Source: an uncultured Ruficoccus sp. (GTDB lineage Bacteria; Verrucomicrobiota; Verrucomicrobiia; Opitutales; Cerasicoccaceae). Taken from it: a DNA stretch of 64,000 nucleotides. Below, piece by piece: positions 31,191 to 41,314 of this stretch. The notes beneath the pieces are model-generated. The model did no database searches. It was given only the letters and a program-made list of their open reading frames with translations, and had not been told where the DNA came from. Numbering within the stretch: the first letter of the stretch is position 1; each line of letters starts with the position of its first letter. The translations under genes and the position numbers were made by a program. The stretch covers positions 160,001 through 224,000 of the forward strand of contig OZ223510.1 of the NCBI GenBank assembly GCA_965140785.1, in the 5' to 3' direction.

Positions 31191-31246
31191 ACTTGCCGTC
31201 TGACGCAGCCGTCTCAGTCCATTAGGGATGTGACGGGTTAGACGCG

Positions 31247-31279
31247 CCCCTCCACGCTCCAGGCGAGGAGGGGTTTTTT
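31247..31279 (+). terminator. Intrinsic terminator
   Basis: CCCCTCC...GGAGGGG stem followed by TTTTTT. Confidence 0.75.
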
Positions 31280-31751
31280 ATGTCTGGACCGAATATGGAT
31301 GCTGGAGGATATGGCGTATCGATTTATTGATACATAAAAGAAGCAACTCCACGTAATCCGTTGTTGATCGAGGGCGGTCTATGCTCGCGGCTTACTTCTT
31401 GGGTTTGAGAGCTGATGTGCTTGTTTTTATTCTATACAGGTTCGTTCGGGTAAGCATAAGTTTAAAGGTTTATTAGCGGGCGTTCGTAACATCGTTTCCG
31501 AACTGATACATGGCGTCAATTGGGTGACGTCCGTAGCGAACCTTTTACAGTGCCGTCGTTGACGTGGCTAAGGCTCTGGCCTTTTCTCACCCATGCACGA
31601 ATCGCGCTCTGTTGTATTGCTTTTTGGACTCGATCGAGGATGCCGGCTTAACTGCCGGCCATGGGTCCGGCTTGTTATGCTGTCAGGGTGGGGAAGTGCG
31701 TCCGGCTACGACTCCTAGGCTTAGTTATAATTCAATCATCACTTCGGCATA

Positions 31752-34700
31752 ATGAAACTAAAAGCACTTTCACTGGCTTGCGCATACATGGGTGCGCTGA
31801 CGGTCCCGGCTCAGGCGGATCTGGTTGCGCATTGGGATTTCAACGAGGGCAGCGGAACAACCGTTGCCGATTCGGTCGCATCTATCGGCGGCGAACTTCA
31901 GGGGAATGCAACGTGGGTCCCGGGGCTGGACGGCTACGCGATCCAGATCGAGGAAGACGAGACCTCGCAGGTCTATGTCGGCACGCCGGAAGCTCTGGAC
32001 CTGACCGGTGCGGTAACGGTTATGGCCTGGGTGCACCCGGACGGTAAATCCGACTACGGCGTCATCGCCGGAATCGACCAGTCCGGCGGAGCGGGCACCG
32101 ATCAGTACGTGCTAAAAACCACTAATTCGCCCGGTAGTTACCTGACCTTCCAGGTCACCAACACCAGTGAAGTGGGCGTGACGGCTACCGACACGGTGTC
32201 GATCGACCAACGGGCGGCGGCAGATACCGACGGATGGCTCCACGTGGCCGCGGTCTTTGCGCCCGGCGAAGCGGTCATTCTGTACGTCAACGGAACGCAA
32301 GTCGCCCGCACGAACACGTCAGTCACCACCATGCAGAGCACCCTGAGCGAGGCTGTGCCTTTCCGCATTGGCCACATGACGACAACCTCTCCCTATGCCT
32401 TTAACGGTGCGATTGATGAAGTCAGTGTTTACGACAACGCCGTTGATGCCACCACCATTGCCCAACTGGCTGCCAACACCGAACCTCCAACTGAAGGCGA
32501 GTACCTGTTTTCTTTTGGCGCGGTCGCCGACCCGCAGTACAAGGACGCGGCCGCTGCGGGCTCACGCTTTTATCGCAACACTCTCGATAAACTTCCCGCC
32601 ATGGTGACGGACTTCAACGGGCGCGACCTGGAGTTCGTGATCTGCCTGGGCGACTTTATTGACAACGATTTCGCCAGCTACGCGGTCATGATGGATATCT
32701 GGGACGACCTGACCGCCCCGACTTACCAGGTGGTGGGCAACCACGACCTCTCGATCGGCAGCCACACACTGGCCGAGGTGATCGAGGTCATGAACATCCC
32801 GTCCAACTACTATACCTTCACTTATCAGGGCTGGCGCTTCCTCGTGTTCGATGGCAACGACGCCGGTTATGGTGTGCACACCGATGAGCAGCTCGCCTGG
32901 GCGCGCGACGCGCTGGATCAGGCCCTCGCGGACGGCGAGCCTGTGATTATCTTTGACCACTACCCGATCTATCCTCCGGGCACCCCGCACATCTCTCCTC
33001 AGGGGGCCGACCTCCTCGCCCTGATCGGGGACTATCCCAACGTTCGCGCCTGGATGAACGGTCACAACCACGCCGGGGCCTATGGCCAGACGAACGGCAT
33101 CCACTGCCTCAACATGGAAGGCATGGTCGAGACCGCGGACACCACGGCCTATGCCGAAATCGAAGTTTGGAGCAACCGCTTCGAAGTCCTCGGCGAAGGC
33201 CGGGAACCGGACCGCACGCTGCTTTTTCCCGCTGCCCCTGAAGTCGAGCTGGATGCGCCCGCGGGCCTCGTCGTAGCTGACGGTGGCTCGGGCATCGCTC
33301 TGAGCTGGGACGCCTACACGGACGCCGATGCCACCAGCCTGGTGCTTCAGCGCCGCATCTCGGGGCAAAACATCGGCTATGAAACGCTCGCCACGTTGAC
33401 GACTGCTGACACTGGCTACCTGGATGCAAACGCCGCCAGCGGTGTCACTTATATTTACCGCCTGCGTGCGGTCACCGACACGGCCGAGTCGTCCGACTGG
33501 TCCGCATTGGCCTCTTTTGAATTGGGCTTTATTCCAGGGCAAATCTCTGAACTGAGCGCCACCGGCGGAACGGATAATGAAATCACCCTGAGCTGGGACC
33601 TCGGCAATGCCACTTACGAGAGTCTGGTACTCGAGCGCAGCTACGGCGACAGCGGCGTGTACACGCTGGTCACGGATGAACTGGCGGGCGACGCCACCAG
33701 CTACACCGACACCGGCCTGCTACCCAACAGCAACTACACCTACCGCATTTCCGGCGTCATCGCGGGCCGCCAGACCGAGTGGTCCGAGGCGGGCACGGCG
33801 GCTTCCGGCAGCGTGCCGGCGCTGCAAGGCGAGGCCGCGGGTTTGGTCGCTTACTGGTCCTTTGATGAGGGTACGGGTGTAGTGACCGGCGACTACAGCG
33901 GTAACGGCTCCAACGGCACCCTGGCAGGCGCTCCTGTCTGGTCGGCGGGTAAATTCAACGGCGCCCTGAGCTTTTCGGGCGACTCGGAAGATCAAGTCCT
34001 CGTCGGCACACCCGACCTGCTGAACATCACCGGCGCGGTCACGGTCATGGCCTGGGTCAAGCCCGACGGCCTCAGCAACTACGGCGTCATCGCCGGGATC
34101 GACGAGTCCGGCGGCGCCACCAACGACCAGTTCGTTCTCAAGACAACGACTTCCACGGACTTCAAGCTGAGCTTCCAGGTGAGCGCGGGTGGCAGCGGCT
34201 ACACCGCCACCGATACCGTGAGCCTGTCGAGCCGCTCCTCCCAGACCGACGATGGCTGGGTTCACGTGGCCGGGGTTTTCACGCCCGGCGAAAGCGTCGC
34301 CCTCTACGTCAATGGCGAGCTGGTGGCCTCCAAGGCCCTCAGCATCGAGACCTTGCAAAGCACGCTGAGCGAAGAGCGCCCCTTCCGCATCGGAAATATG
34401 AGCCAGAGCTATAGCTATGGTTTCAACGGCTCGATTGATGAGGTCCGCGTCTTCGCCGACAGCGTGTCCGCTGAAGACATCGCGACCTACGCCGCCGGCG
34501 AGGCGATTACTCACCCCGTAGGCACGCTGATCGAAAAAGGCTCCGACTGGGCTTATCTGGACGACGGCTCCGACCCTGGCTCGGCCTGGCGGGCGGTTGA
34601 CTTCGACGACAGCTCGTGGAGCACGGGAGCAGCCCCGCTCGGCTATGGCGACGGCGACGAAGCCACCGTCATCAGCTATGGCTCGGACAGTGGAAACAAG

Positions 34701-37700
34701 CATCCGGCCTACTACTTCCGCCAAAGCTTCGAGTTGGACGAGGCCGGACTGGCCACTATCGCCAAACTCAAGTTCGCCATCCAGCACGACGACGGCGTGG
34801 TCGTCTATATCAACGGCACCGAAGTCATCCGCGCCAACATGCCCGAAGGCGAGGTCACCTACCAGACCTATGCGGCGGACGATGTGGACGACGAAAACGC
34901 CTACTACGCCTTTACGGTTGACCCGGACGCCCTCGTGGCGGGCACGAATGTCATCGCGGTCGAAATCCACAACCGCAATGCCACCAGCTCGGACATCAGC
35001 TTCGATCTCGGCCTGGAGCCCGTCCTGTTTTCTGCAGATACCCTCATTTATCAAGGCTCTGACTGGGCCTATCTCGACAACGGTTCCGACCAAGGCACGG
35101 CCTGGCAGGCGGTTGACTTCGACGACAGCTCCTGGAGCACCGGCCCGGCCCCTCTCGGCTATGGCGACGGCGACGAGGCTACTGTCATCAGCTATGGCCC
35201 GGACGGCAACAACAAGTACCCAACCGCTTACTTCCGCCAGAGCTTTGAGCTGGACGAGCTGAATCTCTCGCTCATCTCCGCGCTAAAGTTCTCCATCCAG
35301 CGCGACGACGGCATTGTGGTCTATGTCAATGGCACGGAGGTGTTGCGCGACGTCATGCCGACCGGCGCCATCGACTACCTGACCTACGCCACCGATGCGG
35401 TGGACGGCGGCAACGAGGACACTTACTTCGAATACACCGTCCCGGCGGATGCGCTTGTGGCCGGTACGAATGTGATCGCCGTCGAGGTGCACCAGCAGCG
35501 CGCCTCAAGCTCGGATGTCAGCTTTGACCTGGGCTTGGAAACGGTGCTGGACATCAGCACGCTGATTGAAGCCGGTGCCGACTGGGCGTATCTGGACAAT
35601 GGTTCCGACCAGGGTACGGCCTGGCAGGCGGTTGACTTCGACGACAGCTCCTGGAGTACCGGCCCGGCCCCGCTCGGGTACGGTGACGGCGACGAGGCCA
35701 CTGTTCTCAGCTATGGCCCGGACGGCAATAACAAGTACCCGACCGCTTACTTCCGCCGCAGCTTTGATCTCAACCAGACCGGTCTCGACCTGATCGAGCA
35801 ACTCAAGTTCGCTATCCAGCGTGACGATGGGATCGTGGTGTACATCAACGGTACGGAGGTCGTGCGTGACGTCATGCCCACCGGCACCATCGACTACCTG
35901 ACCTACGCCACCGACGCGGTGGACGGCAGCAACGAGGATACCTACTTTGAGTACACCGTCCCGGCGGATGCGCTTGCGGTCGGCACGAATGTGATCGCCG
36001 TTGAGGTGCACCAGCAGCGTGCCTCCAGCTCGGACATCAGCTTCGACCTCAACCTCGAAGCCCTGACCGCGTCGGATCTGGCCCTTCAGGACCAGCTAGT
36101 GATCGACAGCGGCCATAGCTGGAAATACCTCGACAACGGTTCCGACCAAGGCACGGCCTGGAGCGCGCTTGATTTCGACGACAGCACCTGGGCCAGCGGT
36201 CCCTCGAAGTTCGGCTACGGCGACGGCAACGAAACGACGACGCTGACGGACGGCCCGGGCAACGGCGACAAATTCATCACGTACTACTTCCGCACGAGCT
36301 TCGACGTGGTTAACGCCGCCGAGGTCGCCGGGCTCGTCTTCGAAGTGGTCCGCGACGACGGCGTCATCGTTTACCTCAATGGCCACGAAGTGGTCCGCGA
36401 CAACATGCCCGCCGGTGCCATCGATTATATGACCTTCTCCGCATCGATTACCTCCGGCAGTGACGAGGACACCTTCTTCGAGTTCCCGGTGGCAGCCGAC
36501 TACCTCGTGGACGGCACCAACGTGATCGCGGTGGAAGTCCACAACCGTGATGCCAACAGCTCGGACCTGGGCTTCGACTTGAAACTCTCACTCCAGGCGG
36601 TGCCGGACCCGAACGCCCCGGTCTTCAGCGAGGACACAATTGTCGCGGATAATGCTTACCTCACCGGCGACTATGATTTCAGCCTGGCTGATTATGTGAC
36701 CGATGCGGACGGCGACGACGTGGTCTTCTCCAAGGTCAGCGGCCCGGACTGGCTCACCGTCAACCCGGACGGTACGCTCTCCGGCACACCCGGCCCCGGC
36801 GATGTCGGCGCGAACTCCTTCGTTATCGCCGTCACCGACAACGACGAAGGCACCACCACGGCGGTGATTGAGATCACGGTCGAGGATGCTCCCGAGCTGG
36901 CCCGTGCGCCGCTGCCCGGCAGCGACGAAGCGCTCGTCTTCGGCGTCATCCCCGACACCCAGGGCGGCACCAACGGCACCCCGCCGGATGAAGCCGCCGC
37001 CATCGCCGCCCGGTTTATCGAGCACGATCCGGCCTTCATCATCCATGTGGGCGACGTGACCGATGGTAACAGCTCCGATGGCAATACAAAGTTCGCCCAG
37101 CTTGAAGACCTGAAGGAACTGCTGGTCAATCCGCTGGCCGACCACGGGATCGGTTTCTATCCGGTGCGTGGTAACCACGACTCCAACGCCTACAACCACA
37201 CCTCGGCGGGGGTCTCGGCCTGGGCCGCTGCCTTCCCGTACCTCTTCGAGGGTCCGGACGCGGTCATCGATCCGGAGGATGTGCCCGGTGGCAGCCCCGG
37301 CAGCCCGAACGACAGCAACTTCTGCTATGTCTTCGACGCCGGTCACAATACCTTCTTCGTGTCGGTGGACCAGTGGAATGGCGGCGCCTCCTCGAACTAT
37401 TCCAACTGGGTGGCGGAGAAGTTCGCCGAGATCCGCAGCGAGCATCCCGACGCGCACATCTTCGGCTACTCGCACTCCGGGCTCTACGCGATGGCCTCGC
37501 ACCCGGCCATGAGCGAGTTCGTTAACGGTGGGGCCGATCCCTACATCGCCGCGGGCAGGCAGTACGAGATCGACGGCTGGTTCAGCGGTCACAACCACAT
37601 CTACGACCGCTCTATGGCGATCAACCTCAACGATGACAACAAGCCGTACATGTTCGACTTCACCTGCGGCTCGGCTTCGGAGAAGTTCTACTCGCTCAGT

Positions 37701-38951
37701 CGCGTCCCGGCCGAGGACCAGCACCTCAATATCGTCATCGACAGCAACGCGATTCCCGGTCGCCCGATCTGTTATCTGATGGCCGAGGTTAACGGCCCCT
37801 TTGTCTCGGTGACGACCTACATGTCGCCCGACACGAGCGGCTCGGGCACCTTCGACGACTGGTCGGTCTGGGACGCGTACACCTACTCGCGCAACGGCCT
37901 GCAGTTCACCATCGCCGCTGGTCAGAACTATAACGAGCGCAACGTGACCGACACCGCGCCCGAGGAGGGTGGATTCGTCGGCACTACGGTCAGCCTGATC
38001 GACGGGGTCAACTCCGACACGACCACCTATACGGTCGGCAGCACGACCTTCAGCCCGTATCGAAACATCACTACGGGCTGGTTCACGCAAGATCAGTGGT
38101 ACGATGATGGCGGTCGCCAGCTTGTGTCCGACATCGTCAGCATCCACGGCATGCGCAACGTACCCGACCGCAACCGTTCGGACGCGTACACGCTGGTCAT
38201 GAGCTACGATCCCGAGACTCTGTCGGCGCTCCAGCAGGAGAGCCTCTCACTCGTCGCCTTCCTTGACGAGGATACCTCCGACAGTGATCCGGGCGAATGG
38301 ATCGACGCGGTGGAGGCTACCCTGGCCACCCCGGCAGAGGAGCCGCTCATGCGCGCGCCGACCTCGGAGGACGCCGTGGGCAGTTGGGGCATCGACGCGG
38401 AGAGCGGTGTGATCTGGGCGCGCCTGGACTACCAGGGTGACTTCGCTGTCGCCTCCAACGTTCCGGACACCGACGGTGACGGCCTGGCCGACGCCTGGGA
38501 GATGACTCATTTCGGCAATCTCACCCATGGCGCCAATGAAGACGCCGACGGTGACGGCCTGACCAACCTCGAAGAACAGGCCGCCGGCTCCAGTCCGCTC
38601 CTGAAGGATAGCGACGGTGACCTCTTCGACGATGCGGTGGAAGTCGCTTACGGGATGGACCCGGCCAGTGCCGACATGGGGCTCTCCGACAGCGTGATCG
38701 ATTTCATCCGCAACCACCCGGACGTGCAGCCTTCCTACGGCCTCTACACGCAGGACCGCCTCGGCACACTCGCAGGCCGCCCCTTGATGAAGGTGGACGA
38801 AAGCGGCAACATTAACCTCGAGCTTCAGTTGTGGGAAAGTCCGGATCTGGAGAACTGGTCAAAGGTTGGCACTCCCGAGCAGCGGTCCATTTCCGTGCCG
38901 GCGAATGCGCAGCTCTTTTACCAGTGGGAGATGGCTCCTCCCCAGGACTGA
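31752..38951 (+). CDS. 2399-aa secreted multidomain protein: LamG - metallophosphoesterase - 2x FN3 - LamG - 4x ~173-aa beta-sandwich repeats - Ig/cadherin-like - second metallophosphoesterase - TSP3-like Ca-binding repeats
   Basis: Signal peptide; LamG motifs (LVAHWDFNEGSG, FNGAIDEV); two full calcineurin-like motif sets (ADPQY/GDFID/GNHD/DHYP/GHNH and PDTQG/GDVTD/GNHD/SHSG/GHNH); DTDGDGL/DADGDGL repeats; C-terminal SPDLENW...FYQW. Confidence 0.88.
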   Translation: MKLKALSLACAYMGALTVPAQADLVAHWDFNEGSGTTVADSVASIGGELQGNATWVPGLDGYAIQIEEDETSQVYVGTPEALDLTGAVTVMAWVHPDGKSDYGVIAGIDQSGGAGTDQYVLKTTNSPGSYLTFQVTNTSEVGVTATDTVSIDQRAAADTDGWLHVAAVFAPGEAVILYVNGTQVARTNTSVTTMQSTLSEAVPFRIGHMTTTSPYAFNGAIDEVSVYDNAVDATTIAQLAANTEPPTEGEYLFSFGAVADPQYKDAAAAGSRFYRNTLDKLPAMVTDFNGRDLEFVICLGDFIDNDFASYAVMMDIWDDLTAPTYQVVGNHDLSIGSHTLAEVIEVMNIPSNYYTFTYQGWRFLVFDGNDAGYGVHTDEQLAWARDALDQALADGEPVIIFDHYPIYPPGTPHISPQGADLLALIGDYPNVRAWMNGHNHAGAYGQTNGIHCLNMEGMVETADTTAYAEIEVWSNRFEVLGEGREPDRTLLFPAAPEVELDAPAGLVVADGGSGIALSWDAYTDADATSLVLQRRISGQNIGYETLATLTTADTGYLDANAASGVTYIYRLRAVTDTAESSDWSALASFELGFIPGQISELSATGGTDNEITLSWDLGNATYESLVLERSYGDSGVYTLVTDELAGDATSYTDTGLLPNSNYTYRISGVIAGRQTEWSEAGTAASGSVPALQGEAAGLVAYWSFDEGTGVVTGDYSGNGSNGTLAGAPVWSAGKFNGALSFSGDSEDQVLVGTPDLLNITGAVTVMAWVKPDGLSNYGVIAGIDESGGATNDQFVLKTTTSTDFKLSFQVSAGGSGYTATDTVSLSSRSSQTDDGWVHVAGVFTPGESVALYVNGELVASKALSIETLQSTLSEERPFRIGNMSQSYSYGFNGSIDEVRVFADSVSAEDIATYAAGEAITHPVGTLIEKGSDWAYLDDGSDPGSAWRAVDFDDSSWSTGAAPLGYGDGDEATVISYGSDSGNKHPAYYFRQSFELDEAGLATIAKLKFAIQHDDGVVVYINGTEVIRANMPEGEVTYQTYAADDVDDENAYYAFTVDPDALVAGTNVIAVEIHNRNATSSDISFDLGLEPVLFSADTLIYQGSDWAYLDNGSDQGTAWQAVDFDDSSWSTGPAPLGYGDGDEATVISYGPDGNNKYPTAYFRQSFELDELNLSLISALKFSIQRDDGIVVYVNGTEVLRDVMPTGAIDYLTYATDAVDGGNEDTYFEYTVPADALVAGTNVIAVEVHQQRASSSDVSFDLGLETVLDISTLIEAGADWAYLDNGSDQGTAWQAVDFDDSSWSTGPAPLGYGDGDEATVLSYGPDGNNKYPTAYFRRSFDLNQTGLDLIEQLKFAIQRDDGIVVYINGTEVVRDVMPTGTIDYLTYATDAVDGSNEDTYFEYTVPADALAVGTNVIAVEVHQQRASSSDISFDLNLEALTASDLALQDQLVIDSGHSWKYLDNGSDQGTAWSALDFDDSTWASGPSKFGYGDGNETTTLTDGPGNGDKFITYYFRTSFDVVNAAEVAGLVFEVVRDDGVIVYLNGHEVVRDNMPAGAIDYMTFSASITSGSDEDTFFEFPVAADYLVDGTNVIAVEVHNRDANSSDLGFDLKLSLQAVPDPNAPVFSEDTIVADNAYLTGDYDFSLADYVTDADGDDVVFSKVSGPDWLTVNPDGTLSGTPGPGDVGANSFVIAVTDNDEGTTTAVIEITVEDAPELARAPLPGSDEALVFGVIPDTQGGTNGTPPDEAAAIAARFIEHDPAFIIHVGDVTDGNSSDGNTKFAQLEDLKELLVNPLADHGIGFYPVRGNHDSNAYNHTSAGVSAWAAAFPYLFEGPDAVIDPEDVPGGSPGSPNDSNFCYVFDAGHNTFFVSVDQWNGGASSNYSNWVAEKFAEIRSEHPDAHIFGYSHSGLYAMASHPAMSEFVNGGADPYIAAGRQYEIDGWFSGHNHIYDRSMAINLNDDNKPYMFDFTCGSASEKFYSLSRVPAEDQHLNIVIDSNAIPGRPICYLMAEVNGPFVSVTTYMSPDTSGSGTFDDWSVWDAYTYSRNGLQFTIAAGQNYNERNVTDTAPEEGGFVGTTVSLIDGVNSDTTTYTVGSTTFSPYRNITTGWFTQDQWYDDGGRQLVSDIVSIHGMRNVPDRNRSDAYTLVMSYDPETLSALQQESLSLVAFLDEDTSDSDPGEWIDAVEATLATPAEEPLMRAPTSEDAVGSWGIDAESGVIWARLDYQGDFAVASNVPDTDGDGLADAWEMTHFGNLTHGANEDADGDGLTNLEEQAAGSSPLLKDSDGDLFDDAVEVAYGMDPASADMGLSDSVIDFIRNHPDVQPSYGLYTQDRLGTLAGRPLMKVDESGNINLELQLWESPDLENWSKVGTPEQRSISVPANAQLFYQWEMAPPQD
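34525..36595 (+). repeat. Four intragenic tandem domain repeats (periods 516, 519 and 537 bp)
   Basis: WxYLDxGSDxGxAW units begin at about 34545, 35061, 35580 and 36117; units 2 and 3 are nearly identical in protein sequence. Confidence 0.9.
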
Positions 38952-38983
38952 GTATTCTATTCTGCCTTAAAACTAGGCAATCC

Positions 38984-39012
38984 GAGCGGGGCCCATCCGG
39001 CCCCGCTTTTTT
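38984..39012 (+). terminator. Intrinsic terminator
   Basis: GAGCGGGGCC-catcc-GGCCCCGCTT followed by a T-run. Confidence 0.8.
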
Positions 39013-39078
39013 GTTTGGCGATCGCCTCAGGAGGATAGGTCCTTTGCGGCAGAAAAGATAGGCGTACGTGGACGGCAC

Positions 39079-39774
39079 CTATTGACCGTAATAAGCACTC
39101 TCACCATGCTTGCGGAAGAAGTGCTTGCGTAGCAGGCTGTCATCGGGGGGTGGGGCACCGGGGTGGAGCGAGTGGGTTTTTATCGCCATATCGGCCACGA
39201 TTTCTAATGCCTGAGCAGTCTCCACGGCCTTGGCGCCACTTGAGCCCCAGGCGAAGGGCCCATGGTTGCGCACCAGGACGGCGGGCACTTGCATCGGATC
39301 GATACCCGAAAAACACTCGAGAATGACCTGGCCGGTATTCCACTCGTAGTCTCCTGAAATCTCCTCTCGGCTCAGGGCTCGGGTGACCGGGACGGGTCCG
39401 AGAAAATAATCGCCGTGCGTCGTTCCCAGGCAGGGCAGGGGAACTCCGGCCTGGGCGAAAGCCACGGCTGCGCGCGAATGGGTATGCACAATACTGCGGG
39501 CACCCTTCCTGGCAAAAGCCCGTAACAGGCAGCGGTGCGTCGGGGTGTCCGAGGAGTAGCGCAGCCCTCCCTCGACCACCTTGCCCTCCAGGTCCACGAC
39601 CACCATCGACTCGGGCCTGAGTTCCGCGTAGGCCACGCCGCTGGGCTTGATGGCGAAGACGGCTGCGTCCGGATCATAAACGCTGACATTACCAAAGGTC
39701 AGATCGACCAGACCGGTGGTGGGGAGGCGTCGGTTCGCCTCGCAGCATTCCTCACGGATGTATCGATAGTTCAT
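39079..39774 (-). CDS. araD: L-ribulose-5-phosphate 4-epimerase
   Basis: TFGNVS, IKPSGV, SSDTPTH, VHTHS, GTTHGDYF, KHGESAYYGQ. Confidence 0.95.
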   Translation of the reverse strand: MNYRYIREECCEANRRLPTTGLVDLTFGNVSVYDPDAAVFAIKPSGVAYAELRPESMVVVDLEGKVVEGGLRYSSDTPTHRCLLRAFARKGARSIVHTHSRAAVAFAQAGVPLPCLGTTHGDYFLGPVPVTRALSREEISGDYEWNTGQVILECFSGIDPMQVPAVLVRNHGPFAWGSSGAKAVETAQALEIVADMAIKTHSLHPGAPPPDDSLLRKHFFRKHGESAYYGQ

Positions 39775-39780
39775 GACAAA

Positions 39781-41283
39781 TCAGAGGCCGCGCAGGCCGT
39801 AGTAGGTTTCTCCTACGCGCAGCTCCTGCTTGAGAGCGCGGAGGTCGGTGTTCTCGTCGATTCGGACACATTCGATACCCGCCATCTCGGCAAAGGTTTC
39901 CATCTGCGCGGTGGTGACACTGAGGCTGAATCCCGTATGGTGCGCGCCCCCGGCCAGTATCCAGGCACTGGCCGCCGTCTGCAGGTCGGGCTTGGCGTCC
40001 CAGAGCACCCGGGCTACGGGTAGCTTCGGCATCGGCGCTGGAAGCGAGACGCTTTCGACAGTATTAACCAGCAGACGAAAGCGGTTGCCCATGTCGATAA
40101 GCGAGGCATTGATAGCCGGGCCAGTTTCTCCATCGAAGACCAGGCGAACCGGGTCGGCCTTGCCACCGATGCCGAGCGGGTGAATCTCGCAACGGGGCTT
40201 TCCGGCGGCGATGGACGGACAAATCTCCAGCATGTGAGAGCCCAGGCAGCGCGGACCGGCTGGATCGAAATGGTAGGTGTAGTCCTCCATGAACGAGGTG
40301 CCGCCAGGCTTGTTCGCACCCATCACTTTCATCACGCGCACAAGGGCGGCGTGTTTCCAGTCGCCCTCTGCACCGAAGCCGTAACCTGCCGCCATCAGCC
40401 GCTGTACAGCGATGCCCGGAAGCTGCGAAAGCCCGTGCAAGTCCTCGAAGCAATCGGTAAACGCGCCGTAGCCGCCGTCCTCCACGAACGCCCGCAGGCC
40501 CAACTCGATACGGGCGGCCTCGCGCAGGGAGCCGTGGCGTTCACCGCCTTTAAGCAGTTCGGGCATCACCGTATAGCTGTCCGCGTACTCGGCACAGAGC
40601 CGGTCCACATCGGCGTCGGTCTGCGCGTCGACGACGGCGGCCAGATCTCCGACGCCGTGGGTGTTGACCTGCATGCCAAACACCTTCTCGGCCTCGACCT
40701 TATCGCCGTCGGTCACAGCGACGTATCGCATGTTGTCACCGAAGCGCACGACCTTTATCTGGCGCATGGCCTGCCAGGCGGCGGCCACGCCCGCCCAGTC
40801 GCCGAGTTGAGCGCGCACGGCGGGGTCTTCCCAGTGCCCGACGATGACTTCGCGCGGGATGCGCAGGCGGGTCAGGATGTGCCCGTACTCGCGTCCACCG
40901 TGAGCGGACTGGTTAAGGTTCATGAAGTCCATGTCGATCTCACCCCAGGGAATGTCGCGGTTGAACTGCGTGTGCAGGTGGCAGATCGGTTTGGTCAACT
41001 GTGTCAGGCCGCCGATCCACATCTTGGCCGGGGAAAAGGTGTGCATCCACGTGATAAGCCCCGCGCAGGCCGGGCTGGCGCTCGCCTCAATGCAGACTTG
41101 GTGAATTTCGTCCGGGGTGGTGACGATGGGCTTGTAAACGATACGGCACGAAATCGCGCCGTCCGCGTCCAGCGCGTCGGCAACGATTTTGGCATGTGCG
41201 GCGACTCGCTGAAGGGTGTCGGGACCGTAAAGATGCTGGCTGCCGGTGACGAACCAGATTTCGGGGGCGGGAGACGGTTTCAT
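39781..41283 (-). CDS. araA: L-arabinose isomerase
   Basis: [51 protein letters not shown]. Confidence 0.97.
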   Translation of the reverse strand: MKPSPAPEIWFVTGSQHLYGPDTLQRVAAHAKIVADALDADGAISCRIVYKPIVTTPDEIHQVCIEASASPACAGLITWMHTFSPAKMWIGGLTQLTKPICHLHTQFNRDIPWGEIDMDFMNLNQSAHGGREYGHILTRLRIPREVIVGHWEDPAVRAQLGDWAGVAAAWQAMRQIKVVRFGDNMRYVAVTDGDKVEAEKVFGMQVNTHGVGDLAAVVDAQTDADVDRLCAEYADSYTVMPELLKGGERHGSLREAARIELGLRAFVEDGGYGAFTDCFEDLHGLSQLPGIAVQRLMAAGYGFGAEGDWKHAALVRVMKVMGANKPGGTSFMEDYTYHFDPAGPRCLGSHMLEICPSIAAGKPRCEIHPLGIGGKADPVRLVFDGETGPAINASLIDMGNRFRLLVNTVESVSLPAPMPKLPVARVLWDAKPDLQTAASAWILAGGAHHTGFSLSVTTAQMETFAEMAGIECVRIDENTDLRALKQELRVGETYYGLRGL

Positions 41284-41314
41284 GTGTATTGCAATTTTCG
41301 ATACTTAACGCTGA

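Noticed and set aside
31300..31750. Possible Pho boxes upstream of the giant phosphatase gene
   Set aside because: Only isolated GTAACA/GATACA-like hexamers, without a convincing 11-bp periodic repeat
34525..36595. Long direct repeats as a possible CRISPR array or DGR template/variable repeat
   Set aside because: They are in-frame protein-domain repeats with mostly synonymous differences that are not adenine-specific; no spacers, cas genes or reverse transcriptase
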